A stretch of 64,000 nucleotides of DNA from an uncultured Gammaproteobacteria bacterium (GCA_964571255.1 CAZNAA010000001.1:16167-80166); one strand, 5' to 3'; shown: positions 30,600-41,274, counted from the stretch's first letter. Numbers and translations: made by a program. The notes: a model not told the origin generated them from the sequence alone.

Positions 30600-32864
30600 T
30601 TACTGTTCCTGATTAGGCATAGATTCGCCCCACAGTGTTAAGAGTTGTTGTGCTTGAATATCATCCGCTGAAAGATTAGTGAGAATAAAGGAAATGTTTT
30701 CTACCGCTTTTTTTTGAAATTCAGGATAGATAACTTTTTCTGTATTGTTTGTTGCTTTTTGTCTATAAAAGAGTCCCAGTGCATAATATACATCCCTGTA
30801 GGTTGGGCGGTATGTTTTAGCTTCCTCAAGGAGTGCAATTCCTTCGTCCACTCTTTCGGTTTGTCCATAGAGAACTCCTAAATTGTACATGATTTTTGTA
30901 TCTGTTGGAGCAAGGGTATAAGCAGTTTGAATAGCAGTAATAGCTTGAGGCAAGTATTGTTGGTCTATTTGGGAAAGCGTATAGAGAATTCTTACTCTAT
31001 TCTTCCAAAACACCACGTTGGCAGGATGTTCATTCGTTACTTGTTCAGAAAGAGAGATGGCTTGATCCTTAAATTGGGCTGCATCGGTTGCATTATTTTG
31101 AGAGTAAAGTGCTGTAGCAATAGTTGCACTTTGTTGAGCTAGTTCATCAACAATGGTTGGTTCACTTGGCCAAAGAGTATATGCTTCTTGAAGAAGAGGA
31201 TAACTTTGTTGCATATATTCTACCTGTCCTGTTTGAGCAAGATTATGAGCATAGGCATATTTTTTGTCTGCTGACCAGAATCTCAGAAGAGAAATAAGGA
31301 GCCAGATCACTAGAATTCCTAACACCGTTATGCTCACCCATCTGGTGCTATTTGGTTTTGTAACGTGTGCAGGATAAGAAAAGCTAGGAAGAGGATATTC
31401 TGAAGAAAGGAGAAGAAGCATGGCTGGGATTAAGAAGAAAAGAAGGTTAATAATAACAACAGAAAACCCAAAAAAGTTAGTAATTAAAATAGTGATATAT
31501 GCACTGAGAAGTCCAGTTACTAATAATACATTGGTATGGGTTTCTTTTTTCATAAAGAGTTTTTTTGCGGCTACTATTAATACTGTTGTAATGAGTGCAA
31601 GATAGGTTCCTAATCCAACAATTCCTGTCGTTGCTAAATAGTTAAGATATTCGTTGTGTGCTTTGTTGTAGAGAAAATCCCATTCACTCGTTTTATTGTG
31701 ATCAATAGGTTTGTGTTTGTAATAGGCAAAAGCAAAGGTTTCAACTCCAGTTCCAAAAAGGGGATTGGCCTTCCAAATATCAATTGCTCCTTTCCAGACA
31801 TATAACCGAATCACTGATGAATCAGTTCCTCCAACAGGTTCCGAAGTAGTTAGTTGAGCTGATTGAGATGCTTGAGGGGTAGCTATTTGAGGAGTGGGAG
31901 TTGCTGTGAATTTGGCTTGAAGTCCTGGAAGAGTCAGAAAATTAATCTGTCCAATAGGAGTTCCTATAAGAAAAGTGAAAAGAATTATTGCTATGTGAAA
32001 TCCAATACACGTTTTCCAGATAATTGGGTCTTTGAGTACCTTTTTCAAAAAGAGTACTCCCCAAAAAACAATATTTCCTGCAACAAATGCCAAAAATCCA
32101 GCTCTAGTACTGGTAAAAAGAAGGGCAATATAGGAGAAAATAGCAATTGCTGCGTATCCATAGACCCACTGATTCATTTTCTTTCGATCAAGGGAGAAAA
32201 GAGTGAATGAGAGGGAGAGAAAAATAAAAATATTTACATAGGCTGCCATCCACGCAGGTTGTCCAAGTGTTGAAAAGATTCTAATGGTTGGTTTAAATGA
32301 TTCAGTCCAACAGGAGACATCAAATGTCCCCCTGAAAATATAACAGGTTGGATCCTTTCCGAAGTGTGACGGAATACCCCATATAAGAACCAAAGCACAT
32401 GCAATAAGTCCAATCTGGAGAAAGCGAATGACTTGCTCTCGGGTAAAGTGAGTAACAAAGGCATAATACAACACAATATAAGCAAAAATTGAGAATAATC
32501 CTCCATTAAATCGGGAGTAATATCCCCATAAAGAGGTTCTTGGGTCAATGGAGATAAGAGTTGAGATGACTTGGGAAAGAAGAAACAGAAGAATAGGAAG
32601 GTCAAAAACAGTTCGGGTTACTTTAAATTGTTTTTGCAAAATCATCCCACTACCCCAGGCAAGAGTAATAATGAGGGTAAGTCCCCAGACAATCCACATT
32701 TTATTTAGTTCAAAAAGTTCTGAGGTACTGTTAGTAAAAAAAAGTGGGGTGGCAATAATGAGGATATAAAAGCTATATCGAATGGTTTTTTCTAAAAAAG
32801 TAAGCACGTTCATGAATAATAAGTGACCTTTTTTGATCGTATCATATTGGAATTGAGGCTTCAA
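30600..32864 (-). CDS. O-antigen ligase (Wzy_C) family membrane protein with C-terminal TPR repeats
   Basis: About 12 TM helices with a large loop, followed by a roughly 250-aa TPR-like C-terminal domain. Confidence 0.55.
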   Translation of the reverse strand: MKPQFQYDTIKKGHLLFMNVLTFLEKTIRYSFYILIIATPLFFTNSTSELFELNKMWIVWGLTLIITLAWGSGMILQKQFKVTRTVFDLPILLFLLSQVISTLISIDPRTSLWGYYSRFNGGLFSIFAYIVLYYAFVTHFTREQVIRFLQIGLIACALVLIWGIPSHFGKDPTCYIFRGTFDVSCWTESFKPTIRIFSTLGQPAWMAAYVNIFIFLSLSFTLFSLDRKKMNQWVYGYAAIAIFSYIALLFTSTRAGFLAFVAGNIVFWGVLFLKKVLKDPIIWKTCIGFHIAIILFTFLIGTPIGQINFLTLPGLQAKFTATPTPQIATPQASQSAQLTTSEPVGGTDSSVIRLYVWKGAIDIWKANPLFGTGVETFAFAYYKHKPIDHNKTSEWDFLYNKAHNEYLNYLATTGIVGLGTYLALITTVLIVAAKKLFMKKETHTNVLLVTGLLSAYITILITNFFGFSVVIINLLFFLIPAMLLLLSSEYPLPSFSYPAHVTKPNSTRWVSITVLGILVIWLLISLLRFWSADKKYAYAHNLAQTGQVEYMQQSYPLLQEAYTLWPSEPTIVDELAQQSATIATALYSQNNATDAAQFKDQAISLSEQVTNEHPANVVFWKNRVRILYTLSQIDQQYLPQAITAIQTAYTLAPTDTKIMYNLGVLYGQTERVDEGIALLEEAKTYRPTYRDVYYALGLFYRQKATNNTEKVIYPEFQKKAVENISFILTNLSADDIQAQQLLTLWGESMPNQEQ

Positions 32865-32873
32865 GCTGATAGA

Positions 32874-34004
32874 ATGAAGAAGTATTCAGCCTATATGTTT
32901 AATTCATTTCTCTCACTTTTCTCCTATGATATTGGTATTGATCTCGGAACTGCCAACACGTTAGTGTTTGTTAAAGGAAAAGGAATTGTTTCTCGTGAAC
33001 CATCTGTAGTTGCTCGGCATAAAAAAACCAAACACATTATTGCTATTGGAGACGAGGCCAAAAGAATGCTGGGCAAGACTCCAGAATCAATTGTAACAAT
33101 CAGGCCACTTAAAGGGGGAGTTATTGCTGATTTTGACGCAACTGAGGCCATGCTTGCGTACTATATCCGTCAAGTACATGAAAGACGTTCTCCGATACTT
33201 CGAATTTTTGCTAAACCAAAAGTTGTGGTGGGAATTCCCTCAAGTGTTACAGAGGTTGAAAGACGAGCAGTATGGGAAGCAGCTCTTTCAGCAGGAGCAA
33301 GAGAAGCGTACTTAATTGAGGAACCAATGGCTAGTGCTATTGGAGAGGGAATATCTGTTTTTCAGTCAAATGGAGTGATGGTTGTTGATATTGGAGGAGG
33401 AACAACAGAAATTGCCATTATTTCACTTGGAGGAATTGTGGTGAGTAGATCACTAAAAGTTGCAGGGGATGATTTTGACCAGGCAATTATTCACTATATG
33501 CGAGTCAGACACGGACTCGTGATTGGTGAAAAAACGGCTGAGAATATTAAAATTCAAATTGGAAGTGCTTATGAAAAACGAGTTCGGCAAAAGTTTATCA
33601 AAGTGAAAGAAGAGGAGAAAGAAGAAGGAGAAAAGGAAGGAAAAGAAAAAGTAACCATTGTTCGGGGGAGAAACTTAGAAACAGGACTTCCTCGCAGTAT
33701 TCGAGTAGGAGAGGCAGAAATTCGAGAGTCTTTATCTTCTTCTTTGTCCCACATTATCGAAGCCATTGCAGATGTTTTGGAAGAATCACCTCCGGAACTT
33801 TTATCAGATATTTTAGAAAAGGGAATTCTCCTAACAGGAGGAGGAGCTCTTCTTTCAGGGCTTGATCAGTTAATTGTGGATAGAGTGAAAATGCCCGTTG
33901 TTGTATCTGATGATCCTTTAACCAGTGTGGTACGAGGAACTGGAAAAGTGCTTGAAGATCCAGCTCTTTTGGAGCAAGTAAAAGTAGTTGGAGGACTGAG
34001 TTAG
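32874..34004 (+). CDS. mreB: Rod shape-determining protein MreB (with KE-rich insertion)
   Basis: DIGIDLGTANTLV and VVDIGGGTTEIA actin-fold motifs. Start taken at the internal ATG at 32874. Confidence 0.85.
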   Translation: MKKYSAYMFNSFLSLFSYDIGIDLGTANTLVFVKGKGIVSREPSVVARHKKTKHIIAIGDEAKRMLGKTPESIVTIRPLKGGVIADFDATEAMLAYYIRQVHERRSPILRIFAKPKVVVGIPSSVTEVERRAVWEAALSAGAREAYLIEEPMASAIGEGISVFQSNGVMVVDIGGGTTEIAIISLGGIVVSRSLKVAGDDFDQAIIHYMRVRHGLVIGEKTAENIKIQIGSAYEKRVRQKFIKVKEEEKEEGEKEGKEKVTIVRGRNLETGLPRSIRVGEAEIRESLSSSLSHIIEAIADVLEESPPELLSDILEKGILLTGGGALLSGLDQLIVDRVKMPVVVSDDPLTSVVRGTGKVLEDPALLEQVKVVGGLS

Positions 34005-34048
34005 TTTTCTGTTGCATCAAGCTCATGCACGTACTACAATGAAGTACG

Positions 34049-34798
34049 ATGAAAAAACAAACCCTGTATCTTGGTTCATTTATTGTTTTTCTCATTGGTT
34101 GTTTTCTTCTCCTTCTTCTTTTCCGTTTGCCTTTTTTTACTCCTGTGAGAAACGTTTTAGAAGAAATGACTCTTCCTCTTCGGAGCGGCATGTATGGAGC
34201 GGTGGTTTCTCAAACGGAGATTGATGGGTTGAAGGAAGAAAATGCCAGGCTTTTGTCTCAACTAGCTAAGCAAAAAGAGGTAGAGAAGGAGATTCAGGCG
34301 CTTCGTGACCAATTTCAATTCTCACAAGAAAGATCTCGAACTCTTCTTCCTGTTCGAATTGTGGGAAGGAGAGATGTTGATACCTATATTTTAGATAAAG
34401 GAGAAACAGATGGTATCAAGAAAGGCGCAGTAGTGATCATAAAAGATGTGCTACTCGGAGTGATCAGCTCCACAACACCTCATCTATCTGTACTCTCAGC
34501 TACCACAAAAGAGGGAAGTAACTACTCAACTCAAACTACGGGAAGTGGTGCATTGGGTATTACTAAAGGAAGTGGAGATGGACATATGGTACTGGATCAT
34601 GTTGTGTTATCCGATACTCTTCATAAAGGAGATGTCATTAAAACAAAAGGAAACGAAGAGAAAAACATTCCCCCTGATCTCCTTATTGGGAAAATTATCT
34701 CAGTAGATAAAAAGGTGAGTGACGTCTTTCAAACTGCTAAAGTTGATCCGTTAATTACGCTTTCTCGAGTAACGTATGCCTTTGTTTTCTTGCCATGA
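34049..34798 (+). CDS. mreC: Rod shape-determining protein MreC
   Basis: N-terminal TM, coiled coil, then a beta-rich domain (GDVIKTKG...IGKI). Position follows mreB. Confidence 0.65.
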   Translation: MKKQTLYLGSFIVFLIGCFLLLLLFRLPFFTPVRNVLEEMTLPLRSGMYGAVVSQTEIDGLKEENARLLSQLAKQKEVEKEIQALRDQFQFSQERSRTLLPVRIVGRRDVDTYILDKGETDGIKKGAVVIIKDVLLGVISSTTPHLSVLSATTKEGSNYSTQTTGSGALGITKGSGDGHMVLDHVVLSDTLHKGDVIKTKGNEEKNIPPDLLIGKIISVDKKVSDVFQTAKVDPLITLSRVTYAFVFLP

Positions 34799-35217
34799 CA
34801 AATAGTATTCTTGTTTTAGTATTTCTCATTTTAGGTGCTTTGGAGGCAACTGTTTTTCCTCTTCCCTTGTCTCTCCCACTTTTTATTGCTCTTGTTGTTC
34901 ACAATAAAGGAGAGATGATGTATCCTGTAGCCGTTGCTTTGGGGGTATATTTAGATATTATGCTTCTTCGACCAATTGGAGTAACAAGTGTTTTTTTCCT
35001 CGGAGTAACATTTCTGTGCTTTTTATATCAGAGAAAATATGAAGTAGTAACTCTTCCCTTTGTCCTCCTTAGTAGTTTTTTCTTCTCCCTCTGTTACTTA
35101 TTTCTTTTTCACTTGAGTCATATGTTTCTAAAAAGTATTGTTTGTATTGGGTTTTCTGTGGTGAGTTTTTATCTGGTACAGCAAATACAAAAAAGAAAGG
35201 AGGAAAAAAGGAAGTGA
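34795..35217 (+). CDS. mreD: MreD-like membrane protein
   Basis: 140 aa, about 4 TM. The start overlaps the mreC stop, and the gene lies between mreC and PBP2. Confidence 0.45.
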   Translation: MTNSILVLVFLILGALEATVFPLPLSLPLFIALVVHNKGEMMYPVAVALGVYLDIMLLRPIGVTSVFFLGVTFLCFLYQRKYEVVTLPFVLLSSFFFSLCYLFLFHLSHMFLKSIVCIGFSVVSFYLVQQIQKRKEEKRK

Positions 35218-35297
35218 CACAGGGCATAGCATTTGGAGACCATATCAAAACGGGAAAAATCAAACGATATAAACATGGATCAGAGGAAGATTTAAAG

Positions 35298-36992
35298 ATG
35301 CGGACTCCATTTCTTTTCATTCTGCTCCTGTTAGTAGTTGGGGTTTTATCTCTCAGACTTCTTGTCCTTCAAGTTGCTTCTGCATCCTATTACAGACACT
35401 TATCTGATGGAAATAGGACGAGGACTCTTATTATCCATGCTCCTCGAGGAGTGATACTTGATAGATATGACAGACCTCTTGTCTATAACGTGCCGGGATT
35501 TAGAAAGGTAAGTGAGGATAAGGTCGAATTGATTCAAAGAGAAGAAGCTCTAGCTCGAATTGCTAAGGGAGAGAAGGGGATTGAAATTGATACGCTTCGA
35601 AATTATCCGTATAAAGAAGCCTTTTCTCACGTATTAGGGTATGTAGGCCAAATCGATGCTGAGAGTTTGAAAGAGATGCAGTATAAAGACTACTTAGTCA
35701 ATGATGTGATTGGCAAATCCGGTCTTGAGGAAATGTATGAAACACAACTTAAAGGACAAGATGGGAAAGAACTGATTGAAGTAGACGCACTTGGGAAAAA
35801 AATAAAAACTTTGGGAATGTCTGATCCACTCTCTGGAAAAGAAGTACAAACGACACTTGATCGAGATTTGCAACTTGTGGTGTATGACGCACTTAAAGAT
35901 GTTGAGAAGGGAGCAGTTATTGTTTCCACTCCAAAAGGAGAGATTCTTTCCCTTGTTTCAAAACCATCATTTGATTCAAATCTTTTTACCATGGGCAATT
36001 CCTATAAAGTGGCAGGAGATAGTCCGTATCAAGAGGTTTCTCAAATATTACTTGATGGCAACACTCAACCTCTTTTAAATAGAGCTATCTCTGGAGTGTA
36101 TCCTCCAGCTTCCACTTTTAAGCTAATCGCAGCAGCAGCAGGACTAGAGAGTAAAGTAATTGATGAAAATTACGGAATTGAAGATACAGGAATTGTCCGA
36201 ATTGGAGAGTTTTCTTTTGGAAATTGGTATTTTCTCCAATACGGAAGAAAAGAAGAAGGGAAAGTCGATGTAATACGTGCTATCGCTCGTTCAAATGATA
36301 TTTTTTTCTATAAGTTAGCTGAGCTCTTGCACATTGATGGGATTTCAGAAGTTGCTCAAAAATTTGGAGTAGGAGTAAAACTAGGGATTGATTTGCCAGG
36401 TGAGGTAAGTGGAACTCTTCCGACCAGAGAGTGGAAGCAAAGAGTAATGAAGGAACAATGGTATACAGGGGATACGTATCATTATGGAATTGGTCAAGGA
36501 TACTTATTAACAACTCCTCTTCAAGTAAATGCCTGGACTCAAGCTGTTGCCAATAAAGGAATGTTATATCGTCCTCATTTGCTATCAGATGAGAGACAGC
36601 AGAAAGTTTTGTCTAAAGATTTGATGACTGATAAAACCTATTCGTTAATCAAACAAGGAATGATTGCAGCGTGTGAAGAGGGAGGAACAGCCTATCCTTT
36701 GTTTGACTTTTCAGTAAAGAATTCTAATCTAAAAATAGATAATGTAGATATTTTCCCTTCGAAAAAAGCATCAAATAGTGCTGAGATGAAGCATATTCAA
36801 GTAGCTTGTAAAACTGGAACAGGACAACATGGAGGAGATGAGACTCTTCCTCATGCTTGGATTACTCTTTTTGCTCCAGTGGCAAATCCAGAAGTGGTGA
36901 TAACAGTTTTATCTGAAGCCAGTGGAGAAGGTTCAACTGTTGCTGCACCAGTTGCTAAAAAAATTCTTGAAGCCTGGTTTGGAAATAAATAG
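35298..36992 (+). CDS. mrdA: Penicillin-binding protein 2 (transpeptidase)
   Basis: STFK (ASTFKLIAAAAG), SND-like and KTGT (ACKTGTGQ) motifs. N-terminal TM. Start taken at the internal ATG at 35298. Confidence 0.8.
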   Translation: MRTPFLFILLLLVVGVLSLRLLVLQVASASYYRHLSDGNRTRTLIIHAPRGVILDRYDRPLVYNVPGFRKVSEDKVELIQREEALARIAKGEKGIEIDTLRNYPYKEAFSHVLGYVGQIDAESLKEMQYKDYLVNDVIGKSGLEEMYETQLKGQDGKELIEVDALGKKIKTLGMSDPLSGKEVQTTLDRDLQLVVYDALKDVEKGAVIVSTPKGEILSLVSKPSFDSNLFTMGNSYKVAGDSPYQEVSQILLDGNTQPLLNRAISGVYPPASTFKLIAAAAGLESKVIDENYGIEDTGIVRIGEFSFGNWYFLQYGRKEEGKVDVIRAIARSNDIFFYKLAELLHIDGISEVAQKFGVGVKLGIDLPGEVSGTLPTREWKQRVMKEQWYTGDTYHYGIGQGYLLTTPLQVNAWTQAVANKGMLYRPHLLSDERQQKVLSKDLMTDKTYSLIKQGMIAACEEGGTAYPLFDFSVKNSNLKIDNVDIFPSKKASNSAEMKHIQVACKTGTGQHGGDETLPHAWITLFAPVANPEVVITVLSEASGEGSTVAAPVAKKILEAWFGNK

Positions 36993-36994
36993 AG

Positions 36995-37213
36995 TTATTG
37001 TTTCTTACTCAAGAGCTCTCGGTATAAAAGGTTATAGTTTAGTTGATTTACTTTCCCGTCGTCGTTTAAATCGGCTAATCTCAATGAGTTTTGTGTACAG
37101 GGTGTTTTTTTCTTGTTGATGTCTTGATGACAACGAAGCTGAGTATAAATGAGTCTGTCAACAACTTTCAGAAAGAATTCAGATACGTTTGTTATCTGTT
37201 CTATACAATGCAT
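36995..37213 (-). pseudogene. Relic fragment of a dockerin-domain gene
   Basis: Translation ends LADLNDDGKVNQLNYNLLYRELLSKKQ, matching the C-terminus of the 1018-aa dockerin protein (LSDLNDDGKVNQLDYNLFVRELPAKKGQ). About 75 percent nucleotide identity to 59140-59230. Confidence 0.4.
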
Positions 37214-37284
37214 ATATCAAACGTATATAGTATAAAGGAGAAAATACTCACCCTTGACAACACAGCGGGTAAATAGCCTATAAT

Positions 37285-39462
37285 TTGAAGATTGCGTTTA
37301 TGAAGTACCTAGTAATTGTTGAATCACCTACTAAAGCCAAGACTATTTCTCGCTTTTTAGGCAAAGACTATGAGATTACATCCTCTATGGGGCATGTCAT
37401 GGATTTGCCAAAAAGTAAGTTAAGTGTGGATATTGAGCATGATTTTACTCCTCAGTATGAGATTATGGCAGATAAGAAATCGATGATCTCAAGTCTTTCT
37501 AAGTCTGCTAAAGATGCTACAACTGTCTTTCTTGCAACCGATCCAGATCGTGAAGGAGAGGCAATTGCTGCCAATATCCAGGAACTGATTAAAGGCAAAA
37601 AAGATGCTGTGGATAAGTTTAAGCGAATTGTTTTTCACGAAATTACAGAGGAAGCTATTCTCCATGCCTTAGAAGAACCAAGGCATGTTGATACTCACCT
37701 TGTTGATGCACAAACGGCTAGAAGAGTCCTGGATAGATTGGTAGGATATCAACTTTCTCCTCTTCTATGGAGAAAAGTAAGACGGGGATTATCAGCTGGA
37801 CGAGTCCAAAGTGTAGCGCTTCGGTTATTAGTAGAGAGGGAGCGGGAAATTGAAAAATTTGCTAAAGAGCCTTTCTTTACTATTTCAGTTCTCCTTCTGC
37901 CTCAATCTCAAAAACAATCCATTCTGGCAGAACTTACTCAGATTAACGGAGACAAAATTGAAGTAAGTACAACCTATCCCCTTTATGATGGGAACTATAC
38001 CAGTACGAAAACAAAAATAGATAGTGAAGCACGGGCCAAAGAAATTGCCATGGATCTTAAAGAGAAAGACTTTATTGTCTCAGATGTTTCTCAGAAAGAA
38101 ACGAAAAGATCTCCACTTCCTCCGTTCACTACCTCAACTCTTCAGCAAGAAGCCTCTCGCCGATTTGGCTATCCAGGAAAACGAACGATGAGTTTAGCCC
38201 AAAAACTCTATGAAGAAGGTTTTATTACGTATCATAGAACCGACTCTGTGATTCTTTCTCATTCCGCCGTAGCCCAGATGAAAACCTATATCCAAAAAGA
38301 ATATGGGGATAGGTACTATCCAGAAAAACCACGATTTTTCGCTGCCAAACAAAAATCTGCTCAAGAAGCTCACGAAGCAATCCGTCCAACTAAGTTTCAG
38401 TCTATTGAAGGAATGAAGCAACAAGTGGCTCAAGCTCTTGGTGCAGACTATGTAAAGTTGTATGAGTTAGTTTGGAAAAGGGCTGTTGCTTCTCAAATGA
38501 GTGATGCGCTTTTGGAATCAACCAGTATCACGATTACGGCAACTGGTAAATCAAAAAGTGAGTATACCCTTAAGGCTAATGGGTCAGTGCTTCTTTTTGA
38601 TGGATTCTTACGTCTCACTCCTCTTGCTCTTACTGATAATAGACTTCCCAGTGTCCAAGCAGGAGAAAAACTTGCACTTGAGGAAATTAAAGAAGAACCA
38701 CATGAGACAACTCCTCCTCCAAGATACAATGACGCTTCACTTATCGGAGCCCTTGAGGAAAAAGGCATTGGTCGTCCCTCAACGTATGCCTCAATTATTG
38801 GAACGATTGTTGATCGGGCATACGTTGAACGAGTTGAAAAACGATTTCAACCAACAAGTGTGGGAATTGCAGTAAACGACTTTTTAGTAACCAATTTTGC
38901 ACAAGTGGATGACATTCCTTTTACTGCACAAATGGAGGATGACTTGGATCAAGTAGCACAGGGTGAGAAAAACTGGGTCAAGATGATGAAGGAGTTTTAT
39001 ACTCCATTCTCAAAACAGCTAAAAGATGTAGATGGAGCAGCACGAGTAAAAATTGAAGTAGAACAGGTTGATGAGAAATGCCCACAATGTAGTAATAATT
39101 TAGTCATTCGTTATGGTCGGTTTGGAAAATTCCTTTCTTGTAGTACCTTTCCAGAATGTAAATTCACAAAGCCACTTGTTAAAGAAGTAGATCTCACTTG
39201 CCCAAAAGATAAAGGACAAGTGATTCAAAGGAAAACTCGAAAAGGACGAATCTTTTATGGGTGTGCCAACTATCCAAACTGTGATTTTGCTGCATGGAAG
39301 TTAGAAGACATCCCAGGATATAAAAAAGGAAAAACAGAAGACGGAGACGAATCTGGAGAAAAAGTACTTGTTAAAAAAACAGTGAGAAAAAGTAGTATCA
39401 AAGCAGTTAAGAAAAGAAATCTTGTTTCAAAAGTAGTGAAGCGAAAAAGACCAAGTAAGTAG
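37285..39462 (+). CDS. topA: DNA topoisomerase I
   Basis: IVESPTKAKTI Toprim start, active-site region and C-terminal Cys4 zinc ribbons (CPQC...CSTFPEC; CPKD...CANYPNC). Lys-rich tail. Confidence 0.9.
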   Translation: MKIAFMKYLVIVESPTKAKTISRFLGKDYEITSSMGHVMDLPKSKLSVDIEHDFTPQYEIMADKKSMISSLSKSAKDATTVFLATDPDREGEAIAANIQELIKGKKDAVDKFKRIVFHEITEEAILHALEEPRHVDTHLVDAQTARRVLDRLVGYQLSPLLWRKVRRGLSAGRVQSVALRLLVEREREIEKFAKEPFFTISVLLLPQSQKQSILAELTQINGDKIEVSTTYPLYDGNYTSTKTKIDSEARAKEIAMDLKEKDFIVSDVSQKETKRSPLPPFTTSTLQQEASRRFGYPGKRTMSLAQKLYEEGFITYHRTDSVILSHSAVAQMKTYIQKEYGDRYYPEKPRFFAAKQKSAQEAHEAIRPTKFQSIEGMKQQVAQALGADYVKLYELVWKRAVASQMSDALLESTSITITATGKSKSEYTLKANGSVLLFDGFLRLTPLALTDNRLPSVQAGEKLALEEIKEEPHETTPPPRYNDASLIGALEEKGIGRPSTYASIIGTIVDRAYVERVEKRFQPTSVGIAVNDFLVTNFAQVDDIPFTAQMEDDLDQVAQGEKNWVKMMKEFYTPFSKQLKDVDGAARVKIEVEQVDEKCPQCSNNLVIRYGRFGKFLSCSTFPECKFTKPLVKEVDLTCPKDKGQVIQRKTRKGRIFYGCANYPNCDFAAWKLEDIPGYKKGKTEDGDESGEKVLVKKTVRKSSIKAVKKRNLVSKVVKRKRPSK

Positions 39463-39491
39463 ATCTCCATGTGCTATAATCGCGGCATTAT

Positions 39492-40382
39492 ATGCCTGAG
39501 CGTTTAGTAACTTCCCATTTTGCAGAAATTCCACCGGGAGTTCTATATAGACTTCCCGATCCTCTTATATCTTCTGAAGAAGGTCAGACTGTACTAATTG
39601 AAAGAGAAAGCGGAACGTTAGCTATCTCGCGTTTTTCTTTACATGGTGAAAAACAAATTGCTTCAAATGGAAATGATAAAATTGTTATTTGTTTCTCAGG
39701 TGAAGGGGGGGCATCTCGTCGATTTACCGATGAAGAGTTTTCTATTGAAGGACATGGAGCATTTTATCTTCCTCGAGCTGATGCCCTCACATTAAATGGA
39801 GAAGGAGAAGGATGGATTATTCGACTTCAACAACCTAATCTTACTGACCTAGAAGATTTGCTCCCTACAGTTCCTTCTTTTCAAGCTGCTCCTGTTGATC
39901 AATGGGTAGCAACTAGAGAAGAAATAGCAAAAGGAAGAGGTGCAAATGGAGGGTACTATGCAAAATGGGGTTTTGGACAATGGAATTCTCATAGTCCTTT
40001 AAATGTAGCGTATGCTGAAGGAGGATTGGGAAGCACTCCTGATGACGCTCATCGTGAACCAGATGGAAGTGAGATAACTCTTACTAATGGAGGAAGGATT
40101 ATCTTTACTGAATTAAGAGAGGGAGAGAGTCAGCCATATCAATATGCTCTTACCAGAGGTTCTGTCTCTATTGTTGCTCCCGATGCTTGGGCTCAGCGGA
40201 CTCGACTTAGTGGGTATAATGGATGGGTAGTCAAAATGGCTGAGAGAAGAGGAGATTTGATTAATCCAAAAGCAAAACAATATTTAAGAGATACGAACGA
40301 AGATGCTTTACCTGAGTTTTCACGAGTAGGCCAAGGAATAAGAGAAAAAAGATTTCTTATTCAAGAACTTCTTGGACTCTAA
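39492..40382 (+). CDS. Hypothetical cytoplasmic protein (G/E/R-rich)
   Basis: 296-aa ORF with no recognised motif. Confidence 0.35.
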   Translation: MPERLVTSHFAEIPPGVLYRLPDPLISSEEGQTVLIERESGTLAISRFSLHGEKQIASNGNDKIVICFSGEGGASRRFTDEEFSIEGHGAFYLPRADALTLNGEGEGWIIRLQQPNLTDLEDLLPTVPSFQAAPVDQWVATREEIAKGRGANGGYYAKWGFGQWNSHSPLNVAYAEGGLGSTPDDAHREPDGSEITLTNGGRIIFTELREGESQPYQYALTRGSVSIVAPDAWAQRTRLSGYNGWVVKMAERRGDLINPKAKQYLRDTNEDALPEFSRVGQGIREKRFLIQELLGL

Positions 40383-40394
40383 AACGAAAACGAG

Positions 40395-40847
40395 CTAGTA
40401 AGTAAGTTTTGCAACAATGAGAAGAGTAAGAAGAATACTTGCTTGAATTATTATTCCCCACGGTTTATCTAATCTATTATCCACTGGAACTTGAATATTA
40501 TATGCCCAGGAAAAGGGAGGAAACTTCATATTGAAAAAAAAGTAGGGGGCTGTTGCCCAGTCAAAAAACTGAGCGAGAAAAATCATGATATAAAGATACA
40601 TAAAGTTTGTTTGGGGAAAAAGCCAGATAGTGAGAAAGAAAGGAATAACAATACTTAAGCACACGTCTATAAATGACTGAATAAAGGTAGTTTTCCACTG
40701 TTTCTTCTTCCAGTTTGTTCCGGTATCCCAGTGAGGAGTTGCATCAGCTGCTAAGTGAGATAAAAGAGCCAGAGGAATGGCAATAAAAGGATCTGGGATA
40801 CGAGCTGCAATAACAGTTCCAATAATGGCATGTCCAGTTGCTGTCAT
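40395..40847 (-). CDS. Membrane-bound metal-dependent hydrolase-like protein (YdjM/DUF457-like)
   Basis: N-terminal HAIIG...LSHLAADATPHWD His-rich motifs plus TM helices. Confidence 0.35.
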   Translation of the reverse strand: MTATGHAIIGTVIAARIPDPFIAIPLALLSHLAADATPHWDTGTNWKKKQWKTTFIQSFIDVCLSIVIPFFLTIWLFPQTNFMYLYIMIFLAQFFDWATAPYFFFNMKFPPFSWAYNIQVPVDNRLDKPWGIIIQASILLTLLIVAKLTY

Positions 40848-40968
40848 AGAAATATCTTAGCATAAAAAAAGAGTGATAATATATCAGAAAGCATAGCTAG
40901 AATAATAAATATTATTGACATTTCTAATAAATCCTGATACATTTTGTATGTACCAGATATGTACAAAA

Positions 40969-41274
40969 ATGAAGCAAAAGAAAGCAAAATATGTGTGGGA
41001 TAAGTTTAATACAGTTAAAAACTGGATGAAACACCAAGTAAGACCGTATGAAGTAGAGGAAGTATTTACCAGTAATAGTGCAATTACTCTATCTGACCTG
41101 CTCCATTCAATTTTGGAGGAAAGATACATTTTACTTGGTAGAACGAGAAAAAATAGAGTTCTCTATATAGTTTTTGTGATAAGAAACAAAAGGATCAGAC
41201 CTATTTCTTTTCGAGATGCAAATAAAAAGGAGGTGAAAATATATGAAGAAAAAATTAAAAATCCCAACATTTAA
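40969..41274 (+). CDS. brnT: BrnT-family toxin (DUF497 ribonuclease toxin)
   Basis: KYVWDKFNTVKNWMKHQVRPYEVEEVF...RVLYIVFVIRNKRIRPISFRDANKKEVKIYEE fits the BrnT pattern. ATG at 40969 is preferred over the track's TTG start. Confidence 0.6.
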   Translation: MKQKKAKYVWDKFNTVKNWMKHQVRPYEVEEVFTSNSAITLSDLLHSILEERYILLGRTRKNRVLYIVFVIRNKRIRPISFRDANKKEVKIYEEKIKNPNI

